NCBI GenBank assembly: GCA_963575745.1
Contig: CAUYUJ010000052.1
Coordinates: 1-64,000 of the forward strand
Source: Prorocentrum cordatum
Taxonomy: Eukaryota
Reading direction: 5' to 3'
Length of the DNA stretch: 64,000 nt
Shown: positions 1 to 12,800 of the stretch, piece after piece
Numbering within the stretch: the stretch's first letter is position 1
How the letters are laid out: every line of letters starts with the position of its first letter
Notes under the pieces: model-generated
Seen by the model: the letters and a program-made list of their open reading frames with translations, nothing else
Told to the model about the DNA's origin: nothing
The model's database searches: none
Translations under genes and position numbers: made by a program

Positions 1-790
1 CCTCCTCCTCCTCCTCCTCCTCCTCCTCCTCCTCCTCCTCCTCCTCCTCCTCCTCCTCCTCCTCCTCCTCCTCCCCACCTCCTCCTCCTCCTCCTCCTCC
101 TCCTCCTCCTCCTCCTCCTCCTCCTCCTCCTCCTCCTCCTCCTCCTCCTCCTCCTCCTCCTCCACAATTACACAATATGAATATACTCTCCCTCTTCCCC
201 TGATGGCGTCCGGGTGATGGCCGCGCACCCTCCGCGTACTGTTTTTTTTACACACAGGATGCCCGGGAAATCCCGGGAAACGACTCTCGCTGAGGCGCCG
301 GCGTCATTTTTTCCCAAAATGCTGCTCTCGTTGAGGCGCCGGCCTCATTTCTGCTCCCGAATCGTTCCGAATCGTGCTCCCGCTGCAGCGTGGGCCTCAT
401 TTTCGGATCGGTGTTTGGCCTCCGTCGTTCAGGATGGCGTTCTCGCCCCAGCGCGGGCCTCTTTCTCGCGCGCCCATCCGCCCGCCACCACCGCGCCGCA
501 CCACCACCACCACCACCACCACCACCACCACCACCACCCCCCAGCACCAGCACCAGCACCAGCACCAGCACCAGCACCAGCACCAGCACCAGCACCAGCA
601 CCAGCACCAGCACCAGCACCAGCACAGCACCAGCACCAGCACCAGCACCAGCACCAGCACCAGCACCAGCACCAGCACCAGCACCAGCACCAGCACCAGC
701 ACCAGCACCAGCACCAGCACCAGCACCAGCACCAGCACCAGCACCACCACACCCACGCACACACGCACGCACGCACGCACGCGCACCACC
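1..790. repeat. (CCT)n, (CAC)n and (CAGCAC)n microsatellites
   Basis: Seen directly. (CCT/GAG)n tracts recur throughout the window. Confidence 0.95.
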
Positions 791-821
791 ACCCACTACG
801 CACGCGCGCGCGGAGCCACAG

Positions 822-3800
822 GTCCGCTACGACACGCGTCCGCGGATAGAGAAAATCAGCGCCATGGTAAGGGATGGGAGGGAGGGGTAGGACGTCAGAT
901 ATGACGCGAGCGCACCTAGCTTGCCCTCCCCCCTCTCCCCTCCTCCCCTTCCCCTCCTCCCCTCCCCCTCTCCTCCTCCTCCTCCTCCTCCTTCTCCTCC
1001 TCCTCCTCCCCCTCCTCCTCCTCCCCCTCCTCCTCCTCCTCCTCCTCTCGCTGCACCTGGATACGTGGTGAGAGGGACGGAGGGCCCGAGGGCGGGGCGT
1101 GCGGAGCGGCACGGGCGGAGGTCGAATATTGACGCGGAGGGGACAAGGGGAGGGGGGGCGGTGAGCTAGGGCTCCCAACTTCGCGCTTCGCGCTGCGCGA
1201 AGCGCGAAGCGCGAATAACTTCGCGCTCTCGCGCCGCCCTCCCAGAAGGAGAATAGGAGGACGAGGAGGAGGGGGAGAAGGAACGAGGACCGCGAAGCGC
1301 GAAGCGCGAATAACTTCGCGCCCTCGAGGGAGCCCTTGGTGAGGAGGGGAGCTGGGGGGGAGGGGGGACGATCGTGGAGAGGAGGACGGCCATGACGGAA
1401 GATGAGGAGGAAGAGGAGTTCCTTTCAGCAGATTTCCGTGCTCTCGTTGGGAAGGAGAAGGAGAGAGAGGAGGAGGAGAAGGAGGATGAGGAGGAGGAGG
1501 AGGAGGAGGAGGAGGAGCTGGATGTGGAGGAGGAGGAGGAGGCAGTGGAGGAGGAGGAAGAGGAGGAGGAGGCAGTGGAAGGGGAGGGAGGGTCCAGGAG
1601 GAGGAAGGACGACCATGAGGAGGGAAGGGAGGCTCATCGTGAAGGCGAATGGTCACAAAGGACCCCGATGACAATTATGAAGGAAGGGGGACGTGAAGGA
1701 GGAGATGAGATGGAGAACGAAGGAAGATCACGAAGATAAACACACGGCCAAACAGCACGCAACACGGCTCGAAGAGGGTCTGATTCACGGACGCGCGACG
1801 CGGGCCCCCTGGGCTCCCGGGCGGAATGCGGCACCGGCCCGCGCGCCAACTTTTGCCCGCGACTGCCTGGCCCTCGAGGGACTTATTTGCCGCACCAGCG
1901 AGAACTCCTCGCAGCGTTCGGGGGCAGGCGTGGGACGCAACGGGCCAGCACTTGGGCACAGCAAGCGAGTGAACGGAGAGGAACGCGCGGAGGGGGGAAG
2001 GGACCACGTTCAGAACGTGAAGTCCTTGAACGTGGGAGCCCGAGCACGTGCACAACGAGGATGGTACGACGTCTCGGAAGTCCGCGCAGACTATGTGGAT
2101 CGGCGCTGAACCACGCCCCGCGTGGCGCGCGGAGCACGCAAGGGGCGGCGCTGGGGGCGCGAGACTACCCTTAGGTCGGGCACGTCCCATTACAGGCGAA
2201 TTTGGGACGAACAGTAGAAAGTAACGAAAGCAGATTCAAACATGGTCAAAGAAATAGCTGGAACCCCTCCCCAGGCTATTCATGTTTTAGCGATGTTTGA
2301 ACATTACGATTGTAGAGGGACGCGCCCGACTTCAGACTACCCTGGGAACCCGAAACCAACACATGCATTTGGCCGCGGCGCGGGCGGCCACGCGGCCAGC
2401 AGCGCAGGCCGATGCCGGGCTGCGAGATGGCAGACGGAACGCGTCGGACGCGAGGGGAGCCGCGGAGAGAGGGGGACCGCGGGCAGGTGCAGCGGGGACC
2501 GCGGGCAGGTGCAGTTGTGGGGGGGTCCTCGGGAGACTTTGGGGAGGTCTCGTGGCCACGAGCCGCCTCGGAGCGCATCTGAGGGCTCTTGGAGCAAGGG
2601 CTCCCAGCTTCGCGCTTCGCGCTGCGCGAAGCGCGAAGCGCGAATAACTTCGCGCTCTCGCGCCGCCCCCCCAAAGGGAGAATAGGAGGACGAGGAGGAG
2701 GGGGAGAAGGAACGAGGACCGCGAAGCGCGAAGCGCGAATAACTTCGCGCCCTCGAGGGAGCCCTTGTGGAGGCACGTGGGTAAATCAGCAGCACCCCGC
2801 AACAGCAGATACAGTGGGGGCCCATGCCAAGAAACATCCTGCTCGCCTCCAGGGTGCCCTGGGCTTCTTGGGTTTCGATGGTTCTGCGATGGGAAGCGTG
2901 ACCTTCCCTCACCAACAACCAAGGGACGTCCTGGGGTCTCAGGGTTGGGTTTCTTGTGGAAGGTTTCTTGTGAACTGGCCTCCACTGTAAGGCGCTCAGA
3001 ACATGCAGCCCCTCACTGCAATTAGGTCGGGCATGTCCTCCAACGGGGGGATTTGGGACGAAGAATGGCACAGATTCAAACCATACTCAAACATTGTCTA
3101 AACATGCCATCGAAAAATCGTCCCCCTACTATTTTGAACCATGTTTGAACATTCCTCCTGTGGAGGGACACGCCCGACTTAAAGGTATGGCGCTCAGAAC
3201 ATGCAATCCTTCATTACAAGTCTCCCCGCCGCTTCGCCGCAGCATCGCCGACGCATCGCCGATGCATCGACGACGTCAACGATGCGTCGGTGCCGTCGGC
3301 GTGGAGAAAGTCGGTCTCCACATCGCACCGCATCGGCGATGCATCGTCGATGCGGCGCGATTCTCCAACACTGAAGGGGCCCTGGGACACACAAATAAAT
3401 ACACACAAATAAAACTATTCCCCACATTTTCCCATATTTTCTGGGGTTTTGTCTTCCCGCCCAAGTCCCATATGTTCCCATATTTTCCTGGGAATCGACG
3501 ATTCATTGTGTCTGTGTGTTTTTTCCCCTCCTGAAACACCCTCAGCTCCTACCCCATCTGGGAGGCCTCCTAAGTTCGCGCTTCGCGCTGCGCGAAGCGC
3601 GAAGCGCGAATAACTTCGCGCTCTCGCGCCGCCCTCCCAAAGGGAGAATAGGAGGACGAGGAGGAGGGCGAGAAGGAACGAGGACCGCGAAGCGCGAAGC
3701 GCGAATAACTTCGCGCCCTCGAGGGAGCCCTTGTTTTTCCCCTCCTGAAACACCCTCAGCTCCTACCCCATCTGGGAGGCCTAGATATTCGCGCGGGAGT

Positions 3801-6800
3801 GGCGGCCCAGGCCCATGGGTGAGATTCGTGCGAAGCAGCTGCACTATTTTCCCCTGCCAGGGCGCCGTGAGGGGCACCCTGTATCGGGCGGGTGGTACAC
3901 AGGTAAGGCAAAACAAATGGAAATTAATGAATATCTCGAATTATTTAAACGATAATTTGCACATCATTTGATGAAAAATAAATCGGGCAAAAGAAACTAC
4001 CATGATAAATATAGACGAAAATTTGCTTTATGCATTCTCCAAACAAATCTGCGATTACAATTTACAATAATTCGATCAAAACGATTGGGGGGTGACCGAA
4101 AGTGGGGGGGGGGAGGGCCCTATATGGGGCGACGAGATCTATGCATATCCACTGCTCCTGGCCAGGCCCATCCTGGGCCCAGGAGCTGTGTATATGCCTC
4201 CCTGGCCAGGCCAGGAGGGCGTACACACCGCTCCTGGGCCCAGGATGGGCCTGGCCAGGAGCAGTGGATATGCATAGATCTCGTCGCCCTACTATAGGGC
4301 ACCTCTTGGGTCCTCCAGAAAGGGCCCTGAAAGCACCCGGTTGGGTCCTTCTCTCCACCCCCCACGCAGGTCACCCCCCACTGCCGCCCGCCCGACAGGA
4401 GCCCTGGGAGGTCCGCGGCAGGCGCCCGCCGCTCCCAGGGGCCCGTGCAGAGACCTCCGCGGAGGCCCTGTACTCAAGGGCCGAGGGCCCTCGGTCGGGG
4501 ATCTTCTGACCCGGGTCAATCCAGACCCGGGTCAGCAGGAAACCAAAAACTGCAATGCAGGAAAAAAAATGGCAACGCAGGTCTTCGCAAACCCAGGTCA
4601 ACCAATACGCGCGGCCGCCTCGCGGCCACGAGCGGCTCGCTAACCCGGGTCAGCCAGAGGGCGTCTTCGCAGGATCCTGCAGGATCTGGCGCTCTGGCTG
4701 ACCCCCGTTTACACTGACCCCCGTCTCTTAGGCCCCGACTCGGAGCGAGCGCGCGGTCCCCGGGGCATCTCGCCAGTTTTGTTGCTCGGCCACCGATCCC
4801 GTTCGGCCGAACCAGACCGTGCGGACCTCTCGCTCTCCCTCCCGCCGCCCTGCGCCAGCGGAGCCGCCCCCCGCGACGCCTCCGCCGCGGAGGGCGGGGA
4901 CCCGCCCGGAGCAACGCCGCTCCGGGAGCGCGCCAGCGGGGCTGCCAGTGCGCTGTGATCGAAGCGGCGGCGCGCACAAGGGTGCTCCAGATTTCGTAAT
5001 AAAGGGAGGGGGGTCTCATTTCGGGGGGGGGTCTCTTCCAGGCTATCTTGGAGGGCCTGGGGGGGTCTGGGGACGATGTTTTGGAGGGTTCTCCCACGGG
5101 GGAGGTCTGAAATGGCTTGTCTTGGAGGGTCCAGACCCCCTCCCTTTTATTACGAAATCTGGAGTAACTTAGGGGGATGGGGGGAAGACTTCTTCAAAGC
5201 CTCCTCCTCAGAAGGCGCCGGCCTCAAGTCTACAGACAAGGCCCGTGCCTCTGAGAAACAGGGGTGCCTCTCAGAAACAGGGGTGCCTCTGAGAAACAGG
5301 GGGGGGGGAGAGAGGAGAGAGGAGAGAGGAGAGAGGAGAGAGGAGAGAGGAGGAGGAGGAGGAGGAGGAGGAGGAGGAGGAGGAGGAGGAGGAGGAGGAG
5401 GAGGGAGGAGGAGGAGGAGGAGGAGGAGCAGGAGGAGGAGGCTGCTCCCCCCGTCCCCCTCTGCGCGTGGCCGAGCAACCTCGGGCCGGGTCGCAGCGCC
5501 CGGCTCCAACCGGCCCTGGCCGATGCCGGGCAGATCGAACCTGGGAGCGCAAGAAACGGATGCATCCCCCGCACGAGGAGGGGGAGGACCCTGACCTTCC
5601 AGGAGGGCTAAAAAATAGCACCCGACGTAAAAACCTATCCCAGAGCTATTCTACGTCTTGGTTTTAGGCTGTTTCGTCCTGTGTTTTAGGCTTTTAGGTG
5701 TCCAGTGCTAAAAAATAGCTCTCTGGAAGGTCAGGGGAGAAGGACGAGGACGAGGACTGAGAGGAGGAGGAGGAGGAGGAGGAGGAGGAGGAGGAGGACG
5801 AGGAGGAGGGCGATGGTGGGCACAGCAGATGCTGTCCCAGACCGACGGCGGCCGCTGTTGGACAGCCGCCTGTCTCGAGCAGGCAACGTCCGCGGCGACG
5901 CCGTCAGCGAGTCCTGTTCAAACTCGACACGGGCTGCTGTCAGTCTTCATGCACAATCTTGCTGTGCCCATTTCGCTTGTACCGGGTACCGAATCAAATC
6001 GAATCGGCAGCGCGGCCAGCGGATCGCATCGCATCGAATCTGATCCCAGCGGCCCTGCGGAGCAGCCCTCTGTGGGCGATGCGCCCTCTGGGCTCTCGGC
6101 GGTGGGCTCCCGTCGTGCAGCCTTGGCGCCGCCCCAGCTCCCCGCGCAGGTGACGCCTCGCAGCTTGCTGATCTAAGAAAGGATACGTCGACCCCTCTCC
6201 CAGGCTTCGTGGGGTTTTCGAATGCACCATGAATTTGGGGCCCAACCCTGGGAGCTACGATGGGAAGGCGTCCATCCTCGACGGGGTTGCGTCCAAGTAG
6301 ATAGCCCCCTTGGGGTGCACCCCAAATGTTCCCCTCTTTCTCTGAATGGAACTTTTCCGGCGGCACTCGGGAATTGGGGTTAGGTCGGGCTTGTCATCCT
6401 ACAGGGGGATTTTGGACGAAAGCCAAAACATACGCAACACGTATTCAGAAATGGTTACAACATGTTAGAACAATCGTCCGCGGAGTATGTTTTGACTATT
6501 TTTTAATGTTCCTCCTGTAGAGGGGCACGCCCGACTTAAAATTGGGAGAGAACTGCACCGCAATGCCTGCGCCGATCTGCTCCGCAATCCCTGCGCGCTG
6601 CCTCCCAGAATTTCTCCCAGTCGCCTGCGCCGATCTGCTCCGCAAAATGCCTTGCGTCGCACTGCCCTGCGCCGCTGCTCGGGCGGGGCCCAGAACACGT
6701 CTTTATCACTCGCGGTAACGCTTGTGACCGGCCCCCGTCACCTTAGGTCGGGCATGTCCCCCTACAGGCAGATTTTGGATGAAAAATAAGACATACCCCC

Positions 6801-9800
6801 AAATGCCCCAAAATACCAACAAAATTACAAAAAAACGTACCTGGACTATTTTTTCTATTTTTGAATATTCCGACATGCCCGACATAACCGTCACCCCGCC
6901 ACTCGCCCCTGGTCACATTACGGATTCGCGCCGGCGCCGTCTGGGAATCAGCCACCCTTCGGCGTTCCCACATGGTGCGGGCGCGAATCGCGACGTGACC
7001 CGCTCCCTCCTCCCTCCCCCCACCCCGACACGCTCACGGCCGCCAAGAAGAACGAAACGCTGTCCTGAACGACGACCCCTTCCGTGACGAGAGCGGGGTC
7101 CCGAGCTTGGAGGCGGCCAGGGGCTCTGAGCTGGCTGGGCCCCCCCCAGAAACTCTGTCAAAAAATGGATCCGTCAAATTTCAGATTGGGCCTCGGGACC
7201 GTCAGAATCCACTGCGAAAATCCAGTTTTGACGCGGTCAAATCAGAGGAGCCCGTTTTGCCAGATCTCGACTTGAAGCAGGTCCGGTAGATTGCCCCAGA
7301 TTTGATGCAAGCAACTCCGCTGCAAATCGGTCCTCGGGCCCCTCCTAAGAGGTCTAGATGGTGCAATTTGCTTCTCCCCGCAGGCGTGTTCGACGGCAGC
7401 GAAAAGGCCAACAACCTCGTCGAAGCCAGAACCTCGAACCTCGCGCCACCTTCCTTGAAGGGGCCCAGGGACACACGAATGAATACACATAAATCCCAGG
7501 ATTCCCCACATGTTTCCATATTTGTGGTACTTCCCCCCCACTTCCCATGTTTGCCCATATTTTCGGGGGGATCGACAATGGATCATGTTCGTGTTTCTTC
7601 CCCTCCCGATTCCTGCTCGCCCGAACCAGTGCTGGGCAACTCCCGACCCCTGGCCGACTCCAACCCTGAGCTCGCCCAACGAAGCGTGCAGCCGGCGACG
7701 TGCAAGCCCAGGGAGGACGCCCAAAGAGAGGACGCGCAGAGAGGACGCCCCGAGGGGACGCGCAAAGAGATGCGTAGATGCGTTCTCTCTCTCTGCGCCC
7801 TCCGAGGGCGCCCAGAGCGTGAGGGGCAACCAAAGGGGGGCATTGCCTGAGGGGAGGGGACTTCGACCTTGAAACGACGATACTCAAGGGGCCCCAGGAC
7901 ACACAAATAAATACACACAAATAAAAAGATTCCCCATATTTTCCCATATTTTCTGGGTTTTTGTCTTCCCCCCCACTTCCCATATTTTCCTATATTTTCC
8001 TGGGGATCGTCAATTAATTGTGTCTGTGTGTTTCTTTCCCTCCTGAAATACATCGATCTATCGGCGATGAACCCCCGCTAGCGAATCCGCTTCCTGGGCG
8101 AGATGGGGCAATCGAGGGAAAACTGCACCAATGACGATCAAGGGGCAATCAATGGGCGAGTGGGCGACGATCAATGGGCGATTGGGGGTCGATGCATTCC
8201 CCCCTTGCCTATCAGGTCTGCGCTGGATCGGATCGCGAAATCGGATCGGATCGAGAGCAGATCGACTCGCCAACGAATCGTCCCGAATCGGATCGGCATC
8301 GAATCGGCGCGCCCCGCTTCCGGCTGGCCCTGGCCGATGCCTGTGAATAGAGCCGGATCGCATCGAACTGGAATCGCGGCCCCAGCCGGCGAATGGAATC
8401 GCATCGAATTGGATCGTAGGCGGCCCTGCCTATCCCCCCCAAGCGTTGCCGCTGAGAAAAGACGCGCACTCCAAACCACGTGCATGGGGATTCCGCCCGA
8501 GGGCGAGGCCGCCCTCGCGCTCGAGAAGAACGGGCGTCCTACGAGAGATGACGTAGCGGCCTTCCGCGGTGGCTTACGCGGGCCGTCGGCACGGCACGCT
8601 GCCTTGGAATCGAGCGAGCGTACGCGCGACCTCATTCGGGACGCCCACGCGCCAGTGGGCGCCGCGTCGCATGTGGGCGACGAAAAGACAAGGGTCTTGC
8701 GCATGTTGACGTAGCAACCTTGCGCAGTGGCTTGCGCGGGCCGCCAGCGTAGCACACCGAGTGGAGAAAGAGGGCGCTTCAAGGCGACCTTGAGCAAGGA
8801 ACTTACGCGCGAAGATCCGCGCAGCCGACGCCACGTTCTCCCTTCGCTCGAGTGGATTCGTGTGCGCGAGCGTCATTGCCTCCTCCTCCTCCTCCTCCTC
8901 CGCCTCCTCCTCCTCCGCCTCCTCCTCCCTCTGCCTCCTCCGCCTCCTCCTCCTCCTCCGCCTCCTCCTCCTCCCCCTCCTCCTCCTCCTCCTCCTCCTC
9001 CTCCTCCTCCTCCTCCTCCCCCTCCTCCTCCTCCTCCGAGGTGAGGATGAGGAGCGCCCCCAGCGCAAGGCCCGACAGTACATCAGCGCGGTCACCAGTG
9101 GGGTGGCCCATCCGGCCCCTCTCGGCGACCCACGGGCGATCGGAGGTCGATGCGCCCCGCCCTGAGTCTAACTCAAGACGGAGCCAGGACGGGGATCAAT
9201 TTGAAGTTCAATTGAAGTTCAAAGTGATCCTCCCCTCCCTTCAATTTGAAATTCAAATTGATCCTCCCCTCAATTTGAAGTTCAAATTGAGGTCCTGGCT
9301 TCGTCTTTTTTGCACGAAGATAACATTCATCTTCGCTCAAATCGGAGATCTCTGAGACCCGGCGGTTCTGGAGGATGCATCGGGCACCGCGGATGCCCCA
9401 GAGCGTTCCGGAACGCTCTCAGAGCGCTCCTGGCAGCTCCTCTGGAACGGATTCTCGGGGATGGACAGACCATCCTTTAGTAAAACGTGGTTTAGTGAAA
9501 ACGACCTGAGGCCCAAACCTGGCGGGCGCAAGCGTGGAAAATAACGGCCACGGCGCCCTCTCGAGAACCGAAAACGGACAATTCACTAATCGACGTGTCA
9601 CTGTTGGGGGTTCTGCCCACCCCCGAGATTCATCCTCGTCCTGGTCCCGCCCGAGAACCCCACCCTCCCAGTGCTCCCCAATCTTCGGGTCAGAGCTCGG
9701 CTCTCCGGCGGCCGTTCCGGACGAGGCGCGGCCGCGGGAAGGTAACTCCCGCGGCTCGGGAGCCAACGAGGTCTGGCGAAAACGTCCGGAAGCCTCGAAA

Positions 9801-12800
9801 CTCGAAGCCCTTCGCTCCCACTATCTGCGATCCGTGGGCGACTGGGTGGTGATGCATCCCCCCCTGATCCATCTCCGCGTGACGTTGCCCCCCCTGAACC
9901 TAGATAATGTTAGGAAGGCTGGGGGGAAGTTTCCTCATTTGACGATCGGCGCTTGTTTGTTTTCAGTGCTTGGGACTCTCGTCTCGCCATGGCATGTGCG
10001 GGCTGCTGCTTCTTGTGTATGTGCGTTGGCTGATTTGGTTGGCCGACATCCAAGCAGTTGAAAACAAGCACACGCCCCTCAGCGCTTGCAACATCAACTA
10101 TGTCGAGGCCCCCGATTCATCGATGCTCAGCGACGGCGGCACAGCGCTGGCGGCGACGGTGCCGCCTGCAAGCCCCCGGCACCGCCAAGGCGCTGGGTGG
10201 CCTCTGGGGCCGGAGTCGGCCTGGCCAGACCGGTCACGTCCATGGGGGGCCCGCCTCTGCGGGGGCAGCCACGTCCAGGGGAGGATCGTGGGCAAGGGGG
10301 GGAGGGGATGATGCGGAAACGGAGATGAAGGAGAAGGAGGAGGGACCGGAGAGGAAGGAGAAGGATGAGGAGGAGGTGAGGGGAAAGCAGGAGGAGGAAC
10401 ATGAGGAGGATTGGGCGAAATGAGTGAGCGAGGTGAGCGCGGGCATGGGGCGAAAGGAGGGAGGAGGGAGGAAGAGGATAAAGATAAAGATAAGGCCGTT
10501 GGGGGTCTGAATGTCAACCACTTTACTTGCTTGACTGACCACTGGGTGGGGATAGGATGCAGTCCCAAGAACTCATGGCAAGTGAGGAAGAGAAGGAGGG
10601 GACGGATGAGGAGGAGGAGGAGGAGGAGGAGGAGGAGGAGGAGGAGGAGGTGAATGAAGTGAACGAATGAAAACCGAGTGGCCAGAATGAGCATTCGAAA
10701 CCCTATGTGACAGATGGAACATGCTCGAGGCAGCATATGCAGGCAGGACGGCGCCTGATCATGACTTGCAGCTTCACTTCGCACTGTGAACATATATGCC
10801 AACTTGTGCTGTTTGGTTTCAAATACCACGCTTGCCCCGTGCTACCGCGCCAACCTGCGACGCCCCCGCCGGCGACAGCTGCAGGTCCGATGCCCGGTGC
10901 CCGAAATCAAGCTGCGCCACTTGGGGCGGGCCCCCGTTCCGGGGGGCCGAACGCTGCGACAGGCGGGGCCCGGTGGGCCAGGCCCCGGGCCGGCGAGCCA
11001 CCCAGGCGCACCGCTGTCCTCCCCCATCGGCTCGGGGTAGTCCCCAACTTCCCAAGCCGAGTTCAGCAGTGGCGACGCCGAAGCACCCCGCCGAATCAAC
11101 CGATGGACCGACTGCACACGTAAAGGGACAGGTGGATGGGAGAGGAAAAGAGGAGAAGGATGGTCAGGCAAGGGACAAGAAGGAGGACGAGGAGCACGAG
11201 GAGGATCGGGTGTGGGCAACCTATGCTGGAGCACTTTGCAACCTTCTACCTGTGCGCGACCATAAACCGTAGCCGCAGTTGCACAGCGAACATGCCTGCC
11301 TGCATGCAACTGTTTGAGTTTTCAGTGTCGAGAAGCCACACTGCAAGGAGTCTCAAGCGAAACTCACGGGCAAGCCTACGGTCACCCCTGGTGGTGCGAC
11401 ACAGGAGCTGCTTCCCCCGGAGGGAGCCTGGAAGAGGTCCCCCCAACTGCCGATGCCTGTCTTTTCTGAATACGGGGTCCCCGACCTTTTCGGTCGGAAG
11501 AAGTAGTCATCGGTCCGAAGAAGTAGGAAGAACGTAGGGTAGAAACATGAAGTAGGAAGGCGCTGAACGTAGATTGGGTGTCCGCCCGCCCCCTCGGGAG
11601 GACGGAAAAGGTGAAGCCACTCGATCATTGAAGAAGGGAGGCGTTTAAAAAAGATTGGAATCTGGCACCCCAAGAAGACCTACTTTCAACGACCGATGAT
11701 TCATCCGGAATCGTTTTTGGACGGTCCAGGGGCCCGGCGACGGCCCGCAGAGGCCGAACACGGCTACTCCAGATTTCGTAATAAAAGGGAGGGGGTCTGG
11801 ACCCTCCAAGACAAGCCATTTCAGACCCCCCCCCCCGTGGGAGAACCCTCCAAAACATCGTCCCCAGACCCCCCCAGGCCCTCCAAGATAGCCCGGAAGA
11901 GACCCCGCCCCCGAAATGAGACCCCCCTCCCTTTATTACGGAATCTGGAGTACACGCACCTTCCACCGTACTGTACTGGACGGCCGGACCCAGGACAGAA
12001 GAGCTTCCTTCGAGAACATGAGACCCCCCGCTGGCCAGACAGACGAACAGTCGAGGGCACCCTCCCCAGGAGGCACAACAACTCTCAAGCACCGCGCAGA
12101 GCAGCAGGGTGCCCTCCCCGAGCCGACCTCGATCTCCTGCCCAGCTCCGACCGCACAGCGACGCGAGAGAGGCCTTGGGCCCGCCCCTCCTGCTCGCGCC
12201 TCCCCAGAAGAGGAGGAGGAGGAGGAGGAGGAGGAGGGGGAGGAGGAGGAGGAGGAGGAGGGGGAGGAGGAGGAGGAGGAGGAGGAGGAGGAGGAGGAGG
12301 AGAAGGAGGAGGAGGAGGAGGAGAAGGAGGAGGAGGAGGAGGAGCAGGAGCAGGAGCAGTCGTGGAGCAGGAGCAGGAGCAGGAGGTTTGATGCTCGTGT
12401 GGGCTCGGGGAGAAGGGCGAGGGCTGCACGCGCCGAACGAAAAACAGAGAGCCCCCCTGGGCGCAGCGGGGAAGCGCAAGACGAAGCCAGGACGAGGATA
12501 ACATCGGGTGCAGATAAGTTTGGGCGTGGCTCCATGGGGGGGTCACAAATGGGGGGGGTCAGAAACTCTCCCCTCTTGTGCCTCTTTCGGGCCCCTCCGG
12601 AGCCGCGGGGGGCTCGTTCAGGTACCGTTTGGGTACCTTTTCGGACCACCCTCGCCACCCCCCCATCTACGACCCCCTCATTGCGCAACGCCCAATAAGT
12701 AGAGAATCTCTGTTCTCCGGAGGCTCTGGAGGATGCATCGGTCGGGGATGGACAGAACCCCCTTTAGCAAAACGTGGTTTAGTGAAAACGACCTCGGGCC

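Noticed and set aside
1166..1338. MITEs as Introners forming whole introns
   Set aside because: No copy was seen interrupting a coding exon at splice boundaries. All lie within larger introns or intergenic DNA in this window.
214..1739. Poly-H/P/E/R/G ORFs here and at many other (CCT/GAG)n tracts
   Set aside because: Translations of microsatellites that are open in several frames; no coding signal.
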